Shown here: positions 60,473 to 64,000 of the stretch, one piece after another
How positions within the stretch are numbered: position 1 is the stretch's first letter
How the letters are laid out: the number at the start of each line of letters is the position of its first letter
Assembly: GCA_048940925.1 (NCBI GenBank)
Contig: JBHLOC010000002.1
Coordinates: forward strand, 192,001-256,000
DNA from: Promethearchaeota archaeon
GTDB lineage: Archaea; Asgardarchaeota; Lokiarchaeia; Sigyniarchaeales; SOKP01
Direction: 5' to 3'
Length of the DNA: 64,000 nt
Translations under genes and position numbers: made by a program
The notes under the pieces: generated by a model
The model's database searches: none
What the model was told of the DNA's origin: nothing
Seen by the model: the letters and a program-made list of their open reading frames with translations, nothing else

Positions 60473-61903
60473 ATGAGAATCTTCCTAGTTATTTTTGACT
60501 CTTTAAGAAAAGATCATACAGGAAAAATCTATGGTAATGATTGGATACACACTCCCAATTTTGATAAATTTGCTAAGGATTCGATTGTTTTTGAGAGAGC
60601 TTATCCTGAATCTCTAGCTACTATTCCTGTGAGAAGAGCAATCCACACAGGGCTTCGCACATTTCCTTTCAATCATAATAAGCCAAAATTGCGGACTGAT
60701 GACGTTGTTAAATTACCAGGATGGGATCCTATACCTCCAGAGCAAATTCATTTATCAGAATACCTAAAAACTGATGGATATTTTTCATCATTCATCACTA
60801 GCACTTATCATCAGTTTAAACCAAATATGAATTTTCATTTAGGATTCGATCAGTGGAATTGGATTAGAGGACATGAGATCGATAAATATAGAGTAAGATA
60901 TAGAGAAGATAAAACTAAATTTAGAGATGTTATTGATGATTATATTATAAAAAATGAATCGATAAATAGAAATCATCAAAAGCAAATCCTGAATGTGTAT
61001 CTTTCTAACATTCAAGATAGAAGAAATGAGGAAGATTACTTTCCACCTCAAACTTTCAAGAAAGCAATTGAATTTGTTAAAGATACTAAGAAAATTAAAA
61101 ATGTTCTATGTGTTATTGATGAATTTGATCCTCATGAGCCATGGGATCCCCCAGCTAATTATTTAGAGATGTATAGTGATAAAGATTATTCCGGTAAAAA
61201 AATAATTACTCCCTCCTACTCCGAAAATATTGATTATCTCTCTAATGATGAATTAAAATATATGAGAGCTTGCTATGCTGGAGAAGTTTCCTTATGTGAT
61301 AATTGGTTTGGATATTTCATTGAAGAACTCAAGAATTTGGAGTTCTATGATAATTCATTAATTATTTTTATAAGCGATCATGGTCATAGCATTGGTGAAC
61401 ATAATGCAACAGGTAAATTACCAATGTTCATGTATCCTGAGTTAGTAGATATCCCGCTTATGATTAAACCTCCAGGTTGTATAAAAGGTCCAAAAAGAAT
61501 AAAAAAATCATATGTCTATTGTCATGATATTTTACCAACAATTTTTGGATTTCTAAGTAAACCTATATCTGAACATTTTCAAGGAATTGATCTTTCAGTC
61601 TTTCAAGATGAAGATGATCACCTAATTAATAATCGCGATTATATTACATGCGGTTATAGCATCTGCACTCTCTATAAAGACGATAATTATGCGTTAATCA
61701 CTACTAATGATAAAAAATACCAAAAACTATTTAATTTAGAAAAAGATCCAGAATGGAATAATAATATAGCAAAAGAGAATCCAGAACTCGATGAAGAGCT
61801 CTTTAAAAAGATTGAAAAAGATGCAAATGGAGACTTATTATTAGAATGGAAAACGAGGATGGATGAGTTGAAAGATTGGTATATCCAAAAAAGTCCTTCC
61901 TGA
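60473..61903 (+). CDS. Sulfatase-like / alkaline phosphatase superfamily hydrolase
   Basis: DSLRKDH, TPNFD, TIPVRRAIHTG, DPHEPWDPP, SDHG. Confidence 0.85.
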   Translation: MRIFLVIFDSLRKDHTGKIYGNDWIHTPNFDKFAKDSIVFERAYPESLATIPVRRAIHTGLRTFPFNHNKPKLRTDDVVKLPGWDPIPPEQIHLSEYLKTDGYFSSFITSTYHQFKPNMNFHLGFDQWNWIRGHEIDKYRVRYREDKTKFRDVIDDYIIKNESINRNHQKQILNVYLSNIQDRRNEEDYFPPQTFKKAIEFVKDTKKIKNVLCVIDEFDPHEPWDPPANYLEMYSDKDYSGKKIITPSYSENIDYLSNDELKYMRACYAGEVSLCDNWFGYFIEELKNLEFYDNSLIIFISDHGHSIGEHNATGKLPMFMYPELVDIPLMIKPPGCIKGPKRIKKSYVYCHDILPTIFGFLSKPISEHFQGIDLSVFQDEDDHLINNRDYITCGYSICTLYKDDNYALITTNDKKYQKLFNLEKDPEWNNNIAKENPELDEELFKKIEKDANGDLLLEWKTRMDELKDWYIQKSPS

Positions 61904-62097
61904 TTTATGGTTTTGGATATCCTTGTTGGAGACTATGTTATTTAGGATTCTTTCCCTGTTTTCTTTTTTAAAATACCTATAATAATCTACAACTCTCAAA
62001 AAACTCCAAAAACATTCCAAAGGGTTTTATAATATCATTTTCACACCATTTAATTAAGTTAAAAAATAAATGTCAGAAAAACAAAAATGTGATGTGA

Positions 62098-62484
62098 ATG
62101 AGTTTTAAAGATGAATTTGATGAGGATTTAGTTGATGAAGAACCAGTAAGATCAAAAACTCCAGCAACTAAAACTCCTTCAGCAGGAAAGAAATTAACAT
62201 TATATTTCATGTCAACTATTGGTCCTGGTGAAAAGAAAGAAAAATTAACCGTTATTGATGATAATCGTGTAAAAGAAATTAAACATACTCTAGGGAATTT
62301 ATTCGGACTTAACCCTAATGATTTTCATATATCATCTGGTGGAGTTACTATGGATGATGAGGATCAATTAAAAGACTGTAGTATAAGGAATGGCGATGAC
62401 ATTCTTTTAATACCTGCGAGTACTGCTGGTATAAATTTCTATCCAATTTATATTTTTTTTATCTTTATCTTTTTAGGTAATTAA
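62098..62484 (+). CDS. Ubiquitin-fold protein with acidic N-terminal extension and hydrophobic post-Gly tail
   Basis: VKEIK..L...FGL......I...G..MDD...LKDCSIRNGDDILLIPASTAG. Confidence 0.75.
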   Translation: MSFKDEFDEDLVDEEPVRSKTPATKTPSAGKKLTLYFMSTIGPGEKKEKLTVIDDNRVKEIKHTLGNLFGLNPNDFHISSGGVTMDDEDQLKDCSIRNGDDILLIPASTAGINFYPIYIFFIFIFLGN

Positions 62485-62727
62485 ATATTTTTACAACAAT
62501 GTACATTAATACAAATTATTCTTCTGTTATTGTTCGTTTAATGTATCCTTGATACATTTGTTTATTCTTTTCCCTTAGCAAAAGAAACTCTTCTATTTAA
62601 TTTAGCTGAAAGATTCATGCGGAGAAAAGATTTATATAAGAATTTATATATTGTTAAACATTAATTTTTATCTTTTTATCTAAGTTTTGTAAATCCTAAA
62701 ATTTGTTAAAAAAAGTTGAGTTCAAAT

Positions 62728-64000
62728 ATGCGTAATAATAGAAATTATAAAATTTTGACTTTTTCTATTTTATTTTTGTATATTGGATCAATCATCGTAT
62801 ATAGTAATGATATTACAACTAATGAAAATATTCCTATTGTTAATGATGTTAAAATAAAAAATATGGGGTATTGGGTGATTTCGCCATTTCTTATTGATGA
62901 TACTGTTCCTGGTAGTGATTGGGCTTGGGCTGTAAGCCAACCTTGGTGTAATCTTATTGATGGTGTGTATGTAATCGAGAATGTAACTGTAGATGGTCAA
63001 AATTCTGGTAATTGTATTCATATTAAGAATTCCAATGTGCATTTTATTATTAGAAATTGTACAATTTATAATGCAGATTTTTATTCTGGAGCTGGAATCC
63101 TCTTCGAAGATGTAAATAATAGCTATTTAATTAATAATGAGCTTTATTCTTGCAAAATCGGATTATCTTTAGCTAGTTATAGTTATAATAATACGATAAA
63201 TAATAACACCTTATATTCTAATCATATATATGGTATTTACCTCAACACATTCTCTGATAATAATACAATAAGTAATAATATAGTGTATAATCATAATTAC
63301 GGGATATCAGTAATTACTTCAAACTTTAATAAAATATGTTATAACAAAGTTTATATGAATACAGATATTGGAATTGAAATCTCCGGAACTGCTAATAGCA
63401 ATAAAATTTTTAAAAACACAGTAATCAATAATACAAATGATGGGTTCCATTTTTATGCTGGCCTTAAAAATGTTATTAAAGAAAACATAGTTCAAAAGAA
63501 TTCTATTGGAATTTTTTTAGAAATGAACAGCCATTATAATAATTTCTCAAGAAATTTTATATATAACAATACAGAATATGGGGTATATTTTTATAATGTT
63601 GCTGCTGAATGTACGAATAATCTCATTTATAATAATAGTTTTAATAATCCAAGTGGGATAAATGCATATGATGATGGAAGTACAACTCAATGGAATAATT
63701 CAATTATCGGTAATTATTGGCATGACTATAATGGTGTAGATTATGATGATAATGGCATTGGAGATACTCCCTATAACATACCTCCTGATATTGGGAGAAT
63801 AGATTATTTCCCAATTTGGCATGATAGTCCTAACATTTTTATCAACTTACCTAAACCTTATGAAATTTTTGGAGATCATATTAACCCTCCAGAATTCAAT
63901 GTAAGAATAAAAGATCCAAATTTAAATAAAATGTGGTATTGTTTAAATTCCGATCCTAAAAAATACTTCTTTTTATCTAATGAAACTATTGATCAAACAG
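62728..64000 (+). CDS. Secreted NosD-like beta-helix protein, runs off the window end
   Basis: Not in track; MRNNRNYKILTFSILFLY signal; YVIENVTVDG..SGNCI.IKNSNVHFIIRNCTI as in 554-3049; GNYWHDY....D.NGIGDTPY. Confidence 0.85.
   Translation, partial: MRNNRNYKILTFSILFLYIGSIIVYSNDITTNENIPIVNDVKIKNMGYWVISPFLIDDTVPGSDWAWAVSQPWCNLIDGVYVIENVTVDGQNSGNCIHIKNSNVHFIIRNCTIYNADFYSGAGILFEDVNNSYLINNELYSCKIGLSLASYSYNNTINNNTLYSNHIYGIYLNTFSDNNTISNNIVYNHNYGISVITSNFNKICYNKVYMNTDIGIEISGTANSNKIFKNTVINNTNDGFHFYAGLKNVIKENIVQKNSIGIFLEMNSHYNNFSRNFIYNNTEYGVYFYNVAAECTNNLIYNNSFNNPSGINAYDDGSTTQWNNSIIGNYWHDYNGVDYDDNGIGDTPYNIPPDIGRIDYFPIWHDSPNIFINLPKPYEIFGDHINPPEFNVRIKDPNLNKMWYCLNSDPKKYFFLSNETIDQT

Noticed and set aside
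1740-63042. Numerous short track ORFs nested in or antisense to long genes (e.g. 1740, 2152, 10307, 17138, 25411, 37229, 46524, 53957, 57256, 62788)
   Set aside because: Shadow ORFs with no independent motifs
1-64000. Genome-wide UGA=Trp recoding to explain the MaoC TGA
   Set aside because: Several genes end cleanly in TGA at operon junctions (19862, 21067, 35871, 49937), and TGG is used for Trp throughout
1-64000. CRISPR arrays, tRNA/rRNA genes, transposases or integrases
   Set aside because: None recognised by eye

Overview
Low-GC archaeal chromosomal window, most likely from an Asgard archaeon of the Lokiarchaeia. This is inferred from IPGY-TM-basic 'Loki-CTERM'-type anchors, GGTGA ribosome-binding sites, HEAT-LRR and ubiquitin-fold proteins, and a eukaryote-like SECIS. 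Most of the window is metabolic: a trehalose/maltose ABC transporter with treT, a divergent fwd-like cluster, acyl-CoA enzymes, a 2-hydroxyacyl-CoA dehydratase operon, radical SAM enzymes and secreted beta-helix proteins. The most interesting signals are missing from the ORF track. (1) A 78-aa single-TM ORF (31027-31263, -) has an in-frame UGA (UxxxC) and is followed by a three-stem AUGA/GA SECIS-like element, making it a candidate new selenoprotein. (2) A ~350-nt, heavily base-paired, pseudoknotted non-coding RNA candidate lies at ~42395-42742 (-). (3) A three-gene operon encodes a membrane-anchored GNAT, a SelO-like kinase-fold protein and a coiled-coil protein, and its first two genes lack canonical starts. 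(4) A SUMO/UFM1-like protein carries a hydrophobic tail. (5) A MaoC gene has UGA at a conserved Trp position. No rRNA, tRNA, CRISPR array or transposase was recognised. All family calls come from motif recognition by eye, not database searches.
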